From Acanthaster planci (taxonomy: Eukaryota), in assembly GCF_001949145.1 (NCBI RefSeq), contig NW_019091358.1:3466535-3530534 (forward strand): DNA of 64,000 bases, given 5' to 3'. Below are positions 1 through 13,477 of the stretch, piece by piece (positions within the stretch are counted from its first letter, which is position 1; each line of letters begins with the position of its first letter). The notes beneath the pieces were generated by a model, which saw only the letters and a list, made by a program, of their open reading frames with translations, was not told the DNA's origin and did no database searches. The position numbers and the translations under genes are program-made.

Positions 1-1445
1 CGGAGTGGGTGGGGGGGTGGGTTGAGGAAAGTGACTCAATTGAGGCATTAGGTACATGACCGGCCCAGGCTCCACTGTGATCATAACGGCTCTATACAAA
101 TACAGCGTGGACTTGATTACGCCAGGTTCCTGTGCTAGTGTTGGAGACGGGAAGTGAATGCGATCCAGGAGGTTTGCTGGATTTGATGGCACGATGCCTT
201 GCCGGGCAATGTCGTCAGTATGTTATCAATTATTGAGTTGTCAACGAGGTGCATGATGGATTGAACACTTATTCACCTGGGGGGGGGGAGACACAAGAGT
301 ATTAAAGTCTCATGCATTTTGTTTTGCATTCAATTTGGCAGTTCCAGTTTTTGGTTACCTTCGGAAGAATCGAAGATGAACACCCATGCCTAACAAGCAC
401 AAAACGTAACTGGTTTCAAACATACATGTGCATGAAGATCTGTTCACTTCTAACAACGAAAACCAAGACTTATTAATTAATAACATCTTACATGTTATGA
501 AACAAATACCATCAACCAGTTTGAACTTCAGCGCCAACAAGTATATAAACACTGCAGTCTTGCACAAGAACTATTCCCAAGTTTGCAGTAAACCATCTAC
601 AGCTGAATAAAAGCCAGCTTCCTTGTGAACTTGAATACACATGTGCGTGTATGGCCTCAAGTTTTGCAGTTGCGACCGATAAATAAACGCCTCAAGGATA
701 TACAGGTATGCAGGCTGTATATTACAGATGAGCATTACACAAGTTAATGTGATCAAACAAGATGGTTAGTTATACCCGTTGAAATATTATGGGCAGAGTT
801 AGTGCACTGATGTGGATAACATCCTCGTTTTCTTCTATAAACAGCTGAATTTTTGTAACACCTAAGTCCCCACAAAATTGAGCTGGCAGACACGACCTCT
901 CACCCCTGCCAACCTTTTCCCATAAAACTCCCCCGGCTGATAGACACAAAATACCTGATATTTATTCCACTTGCCAGTTTATTTCAGCCGAGTGGGACAT
1001 TATTAATGCCCCATGTCTAGCAGATATTTTGGCGGGACTATAAATTTACGGATACAAAACCCATCCAAAATCTCTGGTATGCTCATAGATTTATCACCCT
1101 TCTATGAGGGAGGGGTGAAATGGATAGAAAGACCTAGTTGAATGCCATTTAAGAAAAAAACAAAATGGCCAATTTGATGGGTAAAGCAGTGAACAGTTTT
1201 GAAATGCTTGGAGCTTGAACAGTGTGACATGTACATGTACATCAAGTTTGATACTGAAGTTCCATTTTGCTTGGTAAATCAACATGAATGGCATCATGAA
1301 ATCATGCACCGACATGATGTTAACCTGGATCTTTCCATAAATTACAAGTATGGTTTCCTTACCTTAACAAACAGTTTAATACAGATTTTCTGTCAGAGAT
1401 ACAGAAATTCTAGGTTTGCAGTTACAGTGGCTATAGCACCCACAC

Positions 1446-1700
1446 GGGTAATTCCAGAAATTAGGGGTCCAAAAGTGTGACATTTTTTTGTCCATGTTAC
1501 ATCTGACCTTTGTCATTTGACATGGAAATATCACTGGAATTGATTTCAAACTATTACTATTTGTGTGGCAGGTGCATGTAATTTGCATTAATTCATCACT
1601 CTTGGAAATTAGAAAATGTGTTCTGAACTTACAAAATCGTACGTCGGATGTGACCTGGACACACACAAAAAAAATGGACCCCTAATTTCTGGAATTACCC
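1446..1700. mobile_element. 255-bp MITE, Sola2-like (short copy)
   Basis: Perfect 26-bp TIR GGGTAATTCCAGAAATTAGGGGTCCA (1446-1471 / 1675-1700); flanks ACAC/ATAC (4-bp TSD with one mismatch); body homologous to 29233-29743 in opposite orientation. Confidence 0.85.
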
Positions 1701-1974
1701 ATACGAATGAAAGTGTTTTTTAACTCAAATTTTAAGAGAGTTTAAAGGGCAGGTTTGTTGTGTCATTTATGATTTGGATTTTGTTGGTACTTTGTTTTGT
1801 TTTTGTTCACCCTTTCCCCACATTGGGCTTTTATAACTTGGGTGTAAGTCAGGACTGTGATTTTTATTTACTGTCAGTTTATTTGCCGTCTTCATTCAAA
1901 TATATCAGCAGCATGAACGAGATTGTATTGTACCTCGTGGTCATCCTGGCCTCACCCTCACATGCTTAATTTAA

Positions 1975-2109
1975 CCCTAACACTCCTCAATCCTTCACCT
2001 GTTGGAGGACTGAGGACCCTGACACTCCTCAATCCTTCACCTGTTGGAGGACTGAGGACCCTAACACTCCTCAATCCTTCGCCTGTTGGAGGACTGAGGA
2101 CTGTTAGCG
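1975..2109. mobile_element. TTAA-flanked piggyBac-like micro-element with three tandem 42-bp units
   Basis: TTAA at 1971-1974 and 2110-2113; ends CCCTAACA...TGTTAGCG; units CCCT(A/G)ACACTCCTCAATCCTTC(A/G)CCTGTTGGAGGACTGAGGA at 1975, 2017, 2059. Confidence 0.75.
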
Positions 2110-5100
2110 TTAAAACAGCAGTACACCACGGCCTGATGTCAAACATGTGAAAATATCGTGGGCATGTGTTGTACGTACAATCACATAAGCATTGTCTTTT
2201 GGACGTGTAAGTGTAATCCGTCAATATCATGTTGAATGCGTTTGATTAAAACCCTCCTATGCAAAGACACATTCTTGACACAGTTGTCGTATCACTCAAA
2301 AGCAGTCAGATTTCCCATATGTGTCTGTGTACTGGAGGAAATCAAGTGGAAGGAATGTTGGACTGTTTTTGGCGGTTACAGCAAAAGGAGGGATCTATCA
2401 TAGTCAATGTCAACATTTACATATACCGGTACATGTGCATGTACCATATATACCTACAATATGCAACCGTTAGTCATTCTTACATACCAAATTGTTGCCA
2501 GTCTACAATAACAAGCATAATAGTCCCTGCATCACCTTTTTCAGATTCCCTCATATTTCTTCTTCATTTGTTTTCTTCTTCCGTTCATTTTTGTTTTTTT
2601 ACTCTCGCTTTGTTTTTTTTCTGGCTGTTCCGTTGGACTTAATCCTTTGTTCTTACTCCCACATCTCTGTGTACACACATCAAAAAAATGTTTTTTCGTT
2701 CTTGTCTTTCAAAGGATTTCCTGGAATGTTGTAATGCTGAACTCTGCTCCCATTACAAGGCGTGTGGTTTCCTTGCCATGAACTATTTTGAATGAAAATT
2801 TGAAGGAGTAAAGGAAACATTGACACTGCTGGTTTTGATCTGCCCTGCTCGTTTTGTAAAAATTGCAAATCACAATGACGCGTTTCTCTCCTGATGGGCA
2901 ACCCAAGCAAGAGACAAAACACATCTTCTGAGAGAGCCGAGAAGAGAAAGGTAAGGCTGGCTCTGGTAATGCAAATCCCTGATTAATGGAAGGCCCGCCA
3001 GTCATCAATTGGCTGTGAGGTTTCAACAGTCCCACCTTATTTATCACCCTACTTGGGTCAGCCCGATGAAGACCGAGCTCAAGTTACGCGGGCAGGGCCC
3101 CTGCTTGATGCGAGGAACTCGTCTTTCCTCTTCTTCTTCTTTTACAGTCAGTCCAGGGAGATCTTCGAACTCGAAATGACTGTCTCCGTCTCTCACTCAT
3201 GCAGGGCTTGAAATCTGAAGATTGAGCTCTATTCCCCGGGACTGGAATTTTTGTAAGGAAATACAGGCATGATGTATCGGGGAGATGGAGTTAGGAATTT
3301 AAAGCTGCGTGCCCGCCATCATCCCGATATAATGGAAATGCACATATGTAGATGCTCCATTTTTTTTTTCCCCGTTTTTTGTTTGTAATTTGACCTAAAT
3401 TTCAAACATCGCTCCTGTGCCTCAAAGCAGAAGGCCTGGATTCGTTTGGATAGTCTCTGGGGAAAAAAAACCTTGTGATGGCTTTATTGGTTCTTAAACA
3501 TCCCACCTTTTTTTAGAAATGAATATAGTTTCTGACAGGCCTCAAACCTCTAAGATATCAGCTTTCAAAACAGTACATGAATATGATCCTTGTAGATGTA
3601 CTCGGTACAAATACATGTAATATGTACGCTAGTTTGCTATATTTTAGAGCAAAATATTGTACAAATATATTAAGTTGGAACAGTTGTCCGATGATGCACT
3701 TGAAACGTGTCTTGGCCAGACTTGCAAATGTGCAGAGCCTGAAATCAGTTCAACAGTGCCCCCAATTTTTTTCCCGTAGTCATCCTGCCTCTCAACTTTG
3801 TTATTTGTCATTTCCCAGCTGTGCTGCTGTCCCAGTGTGTTAATAGTCTGTCAGATGAGATGAAGTCTGTGTGAAATGTGCATGCTCATGTAAATACTCT
3901 TTTATTACAAGTGTGGTGAGGCGTTGGCGTCCTCAAGTGTCTCCTGTTTTTGATAATCTGAGTCGGTTTCTGTCAGAGGACATTTAGTGAGGGAGAAAAA
4001 CTCATCAGGTTGTGTCATGGTTGGAATGTTCAATGAGATTCGCTGAATTCAGTTGATCAGAATTTATTTTTTGTCAGGGGCTCACTAAAATTTTGTTTTC
4101 TTCAAAAGTGTTATTTTATTTGCAACTGGGAAACGATGTTGACTTTGTCCACTTTCACCAAAACAGAGTACAGGCCCAGCATTTGGATGAAGCCAAAATC
4201 AAAGAAAAAAATGTTATGCAACATTTTCTCCTTTTTCTGCCTTCCATGTGGCTGGGCTGACCAGAGAGTGATGCTGTTGCTTTCCAATTGATATAGGACA
4301 AATTGTATTTTCAACCAGGCAGGCTGGTTTCACCTGGAAGTGTCAAACTGTGATTCCCAAAGATTCATTTGCAATAAATCCCTCGCGGGTACACCTAGTA
4401 GGCCGACCTCTCCAGTTTTTGTACTGTGTTGAGGTGGCCAGTGTTTGCATTTATGGATATGAGGCAGCTTTACTGTCACAGTGTACATGTAACCTGATAT
4501 TTTCGATGTACTGGTACATGTATACATACATGTATACAAAATGCACTTTCCACTCAGATTGAGGCTTTATTTACTTCAGTCTTGACTCTGGCTGCTTTTG
4601 TTTGTGGGAGTGTGTTGTTGTTTGTTTTGCATTTTTTTTTCTTTTCTCTTATTAGCCATTTATTATTTGGAATGTGAAGAAAAATACTACAGGGTCTACG
4701 CCAAATGTTCCCAAGCAGTGTTGGAGTTGGATTATGTTATTCAAGGGTCGCATTGCCCCCTCATACATGTACACAGTGTAGGTATTGGTTGTCATTGGTA
4801 TTCTCATCTCTCTGTGTGTGTACGTACGGACGCTCCAGGTTGATGCAAATTTCTTTGGAAGCATCCCCAGAGAGGCTTTCTGTGTGAGGGAAAAAACTGA
4901 TATTTACATTGAATAACAGACAGTGGAGATTGCAACTTGAACAAAATTGGAAAGCAATCCTGTGTGCACGTGCAAACCATGGCATTGTTCGCTTATGTGT
5001 CCCCCCCCCACCCTGGATGAGTCGCGGAGCAAGAGTTGCAATCGGACCAGTGAGTGGACCTGCTTGTTCTCTCGCTCCCTCGCTCGCTCACATGCTATTC

Positions 5101-5757
5101 AACCCCTGGGCCAGTCGGTTGGAGTGGCATCTTGGGGGATGTCTCTACCGCTGTCGCCGGCAATGCTGTTCTTGCAATCATGCGGCACTCTGGGATTCGC
5201 ACTTGGGGCTTTCTGAATTTCTAGTGAGGACGACAGCAACGCAGAATACTGGAATGGCCTGATCTTGGCTTTTTGTCTGCGCCTTGTGCATAAATGTTTC
5301 TCAATGTTACTTCAAAGCTTTCTAACAATCTCTGGTTAGATAGTCAATGAGGATTCATATATTTCTTTCCCAAAAGGCTACCCTGAAGCCAATAATCTTA
5401 GCTTTGCAAAGATTGAGCTGCAATTTTGCTGGAGTTTTTATCAGTGGAGCAACGGAGTAGTCCCCTGATCTTCACTTGTTGTCTGTACCTCATGCATAAA
5501 TTTTTTTTCAAAGGGGAAAAAAAAAATCATAAGCCTCCAGTGCCGGTAGTTCGACAATCAAGGATGATTCATGTATTTTTTCCCCTGAAGACAGCCCTAA
5601 AAGTCAATAATCTGGCTTCGCGGAGAGTAAGAAGTTAGTTTGTTAGAATTCTTATCGAGAGGTGACTGAATAAATTTAGCAATATGCTTACAATTGCTGA
5701 AATCTACACAAGACAGACAGAATTCATGATTGGAGAGATAAGAAGCAGCTTTCTGTG

Positions 5758-5958
5758 ATCTGCTCCGAGTGGAACAAAAGAGGGCGGGGTTTTTTTGGTA
5801 CTCACTGCATAGGTTCACCATGAGGCACGCAGTTATATGCGTAATTAATTTATTCCGGCTTGCATGGTCTGCGTACACGCAGAACTTGTGCAAGAACCCA
5901 CTTGTAACCACCTGTCTTTCTTTCGCCGATTGGGGGTGCACTTCAGCTCGGGGCGGAT
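5758..5958. mobile_element. ~200-bp MITE, family with TIR ATCCGCYCCGAGC (copy A)
   Basis: Ends ATCTGCTCCGAG...CTCGGGGCGGAT followed by TA; colinear with 11848-12078, lacking ~25 bp internally. Confidence 0.75.
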
Positions 5959-8900
5959 TACTCGGTACGCTTGTAACTTTCACAAGAGAACCCGTGAGAT
6001 TTATACTCCACAGTATAACTTGTTATATAAGTGACTTTTGGTGAACTGTAAGGATCAGCAGCAGAGGGAAAATTAATCCCTCATGAAATATGCTGCAGTG
6101 GATATATTAAAAGTCAATTTGCTGCGAGTTTTGCTGAGTTTATTTTGATGTTATTGCTGAATCAAGTTAATCATGCAGATGTGCTCTGTACGTGTTTGGA
6201 CAGATGCTTTGTGTAATCTGGCCACGGCCCTTGGACACTAGTAATAAATACCCTCAGACTGCACCAGGCCATGGTGCACTATTCAGGCCTAAGCAGCTTT
6301 TAAATGGCAACAGTACTGCTTTTCAGCAGGCAGTGAACAACGTAAGGAGTGAAGAATTTCGCTCTCGGCGACCCAGTCTTTTGTGTTTGTTGATAGGTCT
6401 GGTGCTATTTGCATACACTGTTTGGGATGGTCGCACTAGGTTGGGGAGGTAGAGAACGGAGAGCAAAAGGACACATCCTTTCAATAATGCATACACAGAG
6501 TCATTTCCATGAGAAGCTTTTTGGAGGGAAATTGAAGCCCAGGCCTAGCATCTAGAGTTTCCTGTGTGCCTGGCATAATGCATTGGCTCCTGGCTAATAC
6601 TTGCAACAGCGGGATGGAGAGTGAGCCGGGGGGGGGGGGGAAGATGGGGTTTAAAAAGAAAAAATCCCAACTTCATGTACATGTACATGCAAGTATTTTG
6701 GGAGCGCTGATTTACGAAGAGCAATCTGGGGAGGATTCTGCATTCTGACATGGTAATTTACAATGAGAACATCTAAAGAGGGTTTTAGTGACGGGGAAAG
6801 AGTTGATTTAAGCACTGATCCTGGACTAAAGCTGAACACTGGATGGGGTGTTTAGAATGATAAAGGCAGTCTCACTCTGCTCTTTTTGTTTGATTTAAAT
6901 TTTTAATAAGACAGTAACTTGAATTTTATTTTGGCAACTTCCATAACAGTGCTTTGCCAGTTGGTGAACTAGCAATCTACATGTATTTGTTTGTGTCATT
7001 CATGTGTAGGGTCAGACAACATGTTGTTTTCTTTATTTTTAGTATCTGACATTGTACATGTAAGTTTAAGTTTTCCAAAGTATTAGCAATCTGAAGTTTT
7101 GAGCAGCTTTTATTCACCCGATGTCATGGCCAGTATTTGTCCCAAATTTCAAATTAGACAAATTGTCCGCAAACATTGGTAAGTTTTCTCCAGAATTTGA
7201 GATCATTCCACACCATGTTAGGTAACACCATCCCAAATTTTTAATTCCCTTTTTTTTTAAGGTACCCCTTAGTGCAGATAATCAGTTCCATTTGAAGACA
7301 GCCTCTCGGATGAGCCGCACATGTAGAAAGCATTATCACCTTCAGGGTCCACTGCATGCAGTGCAATAATCAGGTCAAACCTTTTCAGTCTAGTAGCTGT
7401 CAAGGGCGCGACGGCTAATAATCTGGAGGTCTATTGAGCATTATTAGTATTTTTTCCCCCAGATTTTGGCAACATTGTGGCGTGTTTCACTTAATTAAAG
7501 ACGCATGCGTCTTTTGTCTTGCTTGTGATATCCTTTGAATAATCTGTGGTTTCCCTCGATGGGAAGAAGGGGAGGGCCCAACCACACTTCAGGAGTGCAA
7601 GTAGTTCCTTAGTTGCAGAATCTCAAGCTTTGAATTTAAATTTGATATGCAATGAGGAATGTTTGCTGGTGAGTTTGAGTCCCGTTGGTAGACTTAATTT
7701 CGGAAAGTACACTTGTGTCTTTAATATTTGAAGAAATAAGGTTTTAATCATTTGTAATGTAACCAGAGGGAAAATTGTATGTGCTCTAAGTGATGGCGAT
7801 ACTGGCTGAAAGGACTGTCAGTCTTGTTGAAAGTGCTTCAGTTTTTGGTGAGCAGTCATACGCTGTATGCGCTGTGCTGCAGAGAAATGGATGAAAAAAA
7901 GGACGACATTTAGTAAAATTCCAGGGGCAGTTTTCGGGTGAGAAGAAATGATGCAGTGCGGGGAATCGATAAACTGAAGTGGTGTCGAAACTTTTTGATT
8001 TGCAGTTCAATAGGTTTCAAAGTTAAGGGCTTATCTGAAAGGGGGGGAGGGGAATTACGTGCTAGTGTGAGGACCACAGGCCAATTAATCATTGCCTGGC
8101 AACTGGAAGGCTGTTATCTTTGCCCACGGGAAAATAAGAAAATAGGCTGAAAGGCTAAAGGCTGGTCCAGTTTTTTTGCGAAGTGATTCCTCGCACCATT
8201 GAAATAGATGCTGGTAGCCAAGCCTAATTTTGCATGGAGTGGCCATGATCTAAATTTAGGGGTGTGCTATAAAAATGGGAACTTATCTATTTCAAGGGGC
8301 TATTTATAGAAAGAGACCATTAACAGCACATTGAATGGATTAACAAAGTGTTCTTATCTGCTTGATTACCCAGACAAAAAATATCAGTTGGTGTTATCTT
8401 ATATAGAACAGGATGGATTAATTGTGTTTATCATAGTAGCTAAAAATTTGAACGACCAAGTCTAGACTCATTTTGCTGTGTCCATGTACCCCCAATGTCC
8501 AGGATTGGACGCACTTTCAGTGGGCAACTGGGGCATGGGCTTTGACAGCAGTTGTGGCTGGTGGTTTATTTTACCCATAGGCCTGATGTTATGGTAGCCA
8601 TAACCCAGCTTCCGAACACTGTTTTTACCGCATTACTCAGGAAGCATTGCCAATGTACATGTACGTGTGCATAAGGTTTTGGATTCCACATGGCTGGCAG
8701 TTGAGGCACTATGGTACATTATGTAGCTTGTTAATATGAACCCTGCCCAGCAAGCGTGTGGACCCGAGCACGGCGAGCTCCACAGCGATCATTATTTTTT
8801 TTTAATTTGGTTTCGTTTTCTAATTTTTTTTTTTCAGTCAAGTCCCTTGTTTACTTTCCATAGGGTTCCCCCTTTTTTTGGTAGGGTCGTACCCATGGAG

Positions 8901-11847
8901 GAGTTATGTTTTAATTAAGGAAAATAACGTCTGAGATCCATTACAGACCGGCCTGGCATACTTTACAATGGGAATGAACTGAAGAAAAAAGGAAACAATT
9001 GTCAAATTGTGCATTGTTAGGAAAGGTACCTTTTGGTCGGCATTCATATGCCCAAAGTACATCATTTACGTATTTGTTATAATTATGCTTGCTGGATTGA
9101 GTACTGTATGATAAGCAAGGGATTGGAGATCTTTTTATGGTATATATTAACAGTTATTAAAACTTGAAACATGCAAGCTTTCAAAAGGGTCGGACTTTCC
9201 CCCATGAAAAGTGCACACATCAGGCTGCATGGCAATTAGTTGGGTTTTTTTTCTGTGAGAACCATGGCGTATCAGTCAGTTGTTAAGGAGCTCAGAGCTC
9301 ACCAGTGGCTGAAAATTTTGCAGGGCATTTCTCATTGAAAACTGCTGGCCACCATAGTTGCAATGTTTGGTTTTCCTGTAGGGCCTACATGTACCACATG
9401 CAAAGGAAGCTGATCGGCTTTCCTGGGACTTGAGTTTTTGAGTGTAGAGGTTCATGTAGATGATTTGATGTAGGCATACATGTATCTTCCCAATGTTCAA
9501 ATGTGCAGTGCAAGATTCTTGCCTAATATTCTCAACCCCCCCCCCCACCACCCTCTGTTTTATTTCATTAGTCATTTGGCTGCCCCGTTACTATTGAGCG
9601 CTTGTGTCAAGGGCTGCAGTCAATATGCCATTGATTGAAGCTAGGCTCTTCCTGCACGGTGCAGTGAGGCCGTTTTCCAGATCTCTCTGTCTGCCTCATC
9701 TTGTCTCAGGACACTCCCTCCTCCCCCCCCCCCGGAGACACCGTACACCGCCAGCAGTTTTTTGTCCAGGTTTCTGCATTATATACAGGCCCCCCCCCTG
9801 CTGTTGGCCCCCTGAGAAAGAGTCCACCATGCATTGCATAATTATTTCTGAACGTCTTCACTGTCTTTGTTGTGCCCCCTGCTAGAGGGGGGGTGATGTA
9901 TTGGATGTCTCGTGCAGGCTTACTGCACTGGGCTGTATGTATGCATATTATTCATCTGCATGTGTGGCATCCCAGCAAGAATTCAGCGAGCTACAATTAA
10001 TTGCATAGTGCAGGTCTCTCCCGTTTTACTGCATAATGTCCTCCAACTACCGTTTTCCCCCAAGTCCCAATAAGAGAGGCAATCAAAATGTATACATATG
10101 TGGTCTTACGGACGAGAAGAAATGCCGTAGTAACAATTCTTACGTGCTGTATATGAAGTTCCTGTTTATGTAGTCTTTCCTGTGAAAATAATTTCACTGC
10201 CAATTGAAGAGGACAATAAGTAAATTGAGTAAAAAAGTAATGATTGAATTCTTGAAATCTAACTGAATAAAAAATTGAGCCAGAGCACTTTGCTTTTGTA
10301 CCAGAGTAAAAAAACCAAACTCATGTTCATAAATTGACAATAGACACAAAGACATTATACATGGACATGCACATTCACATTTCACCCCTTCCGGGTACTT
10401 CTTAATTATTTTTTCACATCAAGTTTGGCAATGACTGCTTAGCTGATAATAAACAGGAACTGTTTTTTTAATCATTATGATTGCTATTATTATCTTATTA
10501 TAGCTACATGTAAATGTATACCCAGCAGTGAAATGAAAACTCTATATTATGGCCTCAACAGTGTTGGTAATGGTTTGATTCAGGGGCCTTTTATGATTGT
10601 AATCACCAGTTGGTTCTCTTGGTCACAGGTCAAAAGTCAAACTCGGGTGTAAATGCTCGCCACCCGGCCGTCGTCGCTGAAGCATGTACATGTACTTGTT
10701 CACCGCGCCCAATAAGGCACAAATCAAATAATAGTCATGTCTCGACTGCCACTCCGTAATTATTTTTATTGCACGGAATAAACCTGCCATGAGTCGGGGC
10801 TCAGCCTTCCCCGATTCTGAAACAGCAGCCCTTGGAAAAAAAAAAGACAGAGAGAGGGGAAGAAAGGTAACAGGTTTATCTCCAGTCTCCCAGATGGAGT
10901 GAGTCAGTGGGCTCCCTCCAATTGAAGGTTTTTTTTCCTTCTCTTCTCTGCCGTCTGTCACCTGGCATATAAAGAGCCGGTTTAGTGACATTTATCTTCT
11001 CTTTTGCCCCAGGTTCCAGCGTTTCCCATGAATCAAGGCCCGTAATCTCGAGGAAAGGCCAAGTTGGAATTTGCTTTCACTGTAAATACGTAGGGAACCG
11101 AGAGTATCGATGGATTAAAGTGCATGAATAATTCTCGGGGCCGGCTGTTTATTTTCATTGCTTCTCGGCCATTTGCCCCAACACTCGAATCTCTTTCCTT
11201 CTATCTCTTATTATTTTTCTTCATCCTCTTTTAAGTAGGGATACAAATCGTGCAGATAACATACCAGTGCCATGCATGAAAACGCATGTTATTAATTGCT
11301 GTTGTCCTGCCGTATGTCAGTATGTATTGAAATCGATGTTGCCATCATCATGACTGATTGTGGTGAGGTTTAATACAGCAGGGTGACCTGCCACCCGATG
11401 TCAGAATCTCTTCATTCCCGTTGCCCATTTTGTGTCATGTGTTGTCAACCAGCAAGGAATAGACCCTCCCCACTCAGGACCTTTTTCACACGGATGTGTC
11501 TCTCTACCAGTGGTCCCAGTGCTGGTTCACACCATCAGTAAGGCAGGTTCTGGTGACAGATAGGTACAGGAACTGATACGAGATTTGGATCCCTGTGAAA
11601 CAGACAGAGCCCCAGTGTACTTCCATTTCCTCCCCATCCATCAATTCCCGTCATCAACCCTGTTAACAGGGCTACATGTAATTCTGCCGATTTCAGTTTT
11701 TACACACTCATTCTTTTCTTAATGCAATACTGATAAATGAAGTGCATAGCTACCCTTCCATTGTGTGGGTGTCAGACATATTCATTGGTGAACTCTTTTT
11801 TGGTGGAAATAAGGTCATTCAGTATATGGTAAAAATTAGGAGCATGC

Positions 11848-12078
11848 AATCCGCTCCGAGCGGAACAAAAGAGGGCATGTTATTTGGTATTCACTGCATA
11901 GGCGTGCCATGAGGCGCGCAAGTATATACGTGTTTGACACGAAGCACGCTGAGTACGCGTAACTAATTTATTCCAGCGTGTATGGTCTTTGCGCACACGC
12001 AGATCGCGTGCAAGAACCCGCTTGTAACCACCTGCCTTTCTTTCGCTGATGGGGGTGCACTTCAGCTCGGGGCGAATT
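11848..12078. mobile_element. ~230-bp MITE, same family (copy B)
   Basis: Ends AATCCGCTCCGAGC...GCTCGGGGCGAATT; shares GGAACAAAAGAGGGC, TCACTGCATAGG, GTGCAAGAACCC, CTTGTAACCACCTG and GGGGGTGCACTTCAGCTCGGGGCG with copy A; CpG-rich. Confidence 0.75.
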
Positions 12079-12245
12079 AGAAACGATTTTATTCTGTTAT
12101 TCCTAATGTCAAGAAATTTCAATTTCTCTTAATGTTACATTAAGTACAATATACATGTACATGTACTTACTCCGTATTCAGGCATTCAGTTGATGATTCA
12201 TTTTTACTTTCTTTTATTTCTCCCTTCCCCCCAGTTTCTAGCCTG

Positions 12246-12420
12246 AATACGGGCAATTCACAACAGTGCGTCTCCAAGCGTTTGCAACAAGTTGGCCAAT
12301 CACAACACGTGAAATCCGTCGACCCTTTCCAACACACATTGGGTCGACAGATTTCGCGCATTGTGATTTGCCAACGCGTTGCAAACTCTTGGAGGCACAC
12401 TATTGTGAATCGCCCGTATT
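12246..12420. mobile_element. 175-bp foldback (almost fully palindromic) MITE, possibly Tc1/mariner-type (TA|CGGGC...GCCCG|TA)
   Basis: ~80-bp arms AATACGGGC(A/G)ATTCACAA...GTCGACCC / GGGTCGAC...TTGTGAATCGCCCGTATT around a ~15-nt spacer; most arm mismatches are transitions. Confidence 0.85.
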
Positions 12421-13384
12421 ATCAATCAATAGAATATACAAAGAATGAAGAGCTTATTCCCAATGTTTCTTTCCTTTCAGCATTCCCTTCCAGGAACCAG
12501 AAATTCATTTGAAAGAGTGGACACGTTTGCAGGATTATCATTTGCATGACACATCCACTGAGCTTGATCAAGTACAAATGTTTAAATCTCAGTGCATTTA
12601 TCTGTTTCCAGTGGTGTTAAGTTTTAAGTTTTGATAAACAGTCCAGGAAATAAGGTTTTAACGTGATGAATAACATCACCCACAGAAGTCCGTGCAAGGA
12701 TTTCCTGATCGGTAAATCCATGAAATCCTCCTCCCTTATTTGGTTTTGGTTTCTCGGGCATTCAAGCTCATGGAAGTACATCTGTGTTTAATTTTAGCAC
12801 ATACATAATCCCGAGCACATCAAAAGGATTAAGATGTTTTGTTACATTTCAGGAGTCAATTTCCTAGGGTACCAGTTAAGGTAGTTGGGAAAACCAAAAT
12901 TTGTGATGGCCACATCCAATTAATTGGCTCAGTTGGCTGTGGCGTGAAATTTCACATGGTGTTATGGTAAGTGGCTGGATAGCCACAACCACTTGTCTGT
13001 GATTTCAAGCCATATACATGTATAGCCAAGTAATTTGGACACAGCCATTACACACAGATCAAGACGTGCAGAGTCTGGGTACCAACCAGACTGTTAGGCA
13101 CTGTGACTGGTACTCAGTCTAGTTTTGCTCATTACTATTAACAGTAGGGCATTGATGAGTCCCAGGGAATGCGGCACCGACTAAAACTGATGGGTAGTAG
13201 GTTGTCAATTCACTGGTAAATCAAGAGGGAGGGCTACAAGAGTCTATGGCCTACTCCAAATTCCCCTCTCTAAAAAAAAAACAAAAAAAAACCTGCCCCA
13301 CATTTTCCACCCCCCCCCAAATTCAGATCAGTTACAGGAAGTTCTATGCAAAAGTGAACCTCGGTCGTACTGTTACATCATTAA

Positions 13385-13477
13385 CCCTAACAGTCCTCAA
13401 TCCTTCACCTGTTGGAGGACTGAGGACCCTAACAGTCCTCAATCCTTCACCTGTTGGAGGACTGAGGACTGTTAAGG
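13385..13477. mobile_element. TTAA-flanked piggyBac-like micro-element with two tandem 42-bp units
   Basis: TTAA at 13381-13384 and 13478-13481; ends CCCTAACAGTCCTCA...TGAGGACTGTTAAGG; two identical 42-bp units at 13385 and 13427; same family as 1975-2109. Confidence 0.75.

Noticed and set aside
1975..2100. 42-bp repeats as a CRISPR array or repeat protein (TLTLLNPSPVGGLR)n
   Set aside because: Units are contiguous with no unique spacers, no cas genes, eukaryotic context; the ORFs exist only because 42 is a multiple of 3.
13153..13188. Possible hammerhead ribozyme (TTGATGAGTC...GACTAAAAC)
   Set aside because: Both conserved core segments deviate from CTGANGA and GAAA, and stems I and III were not found.
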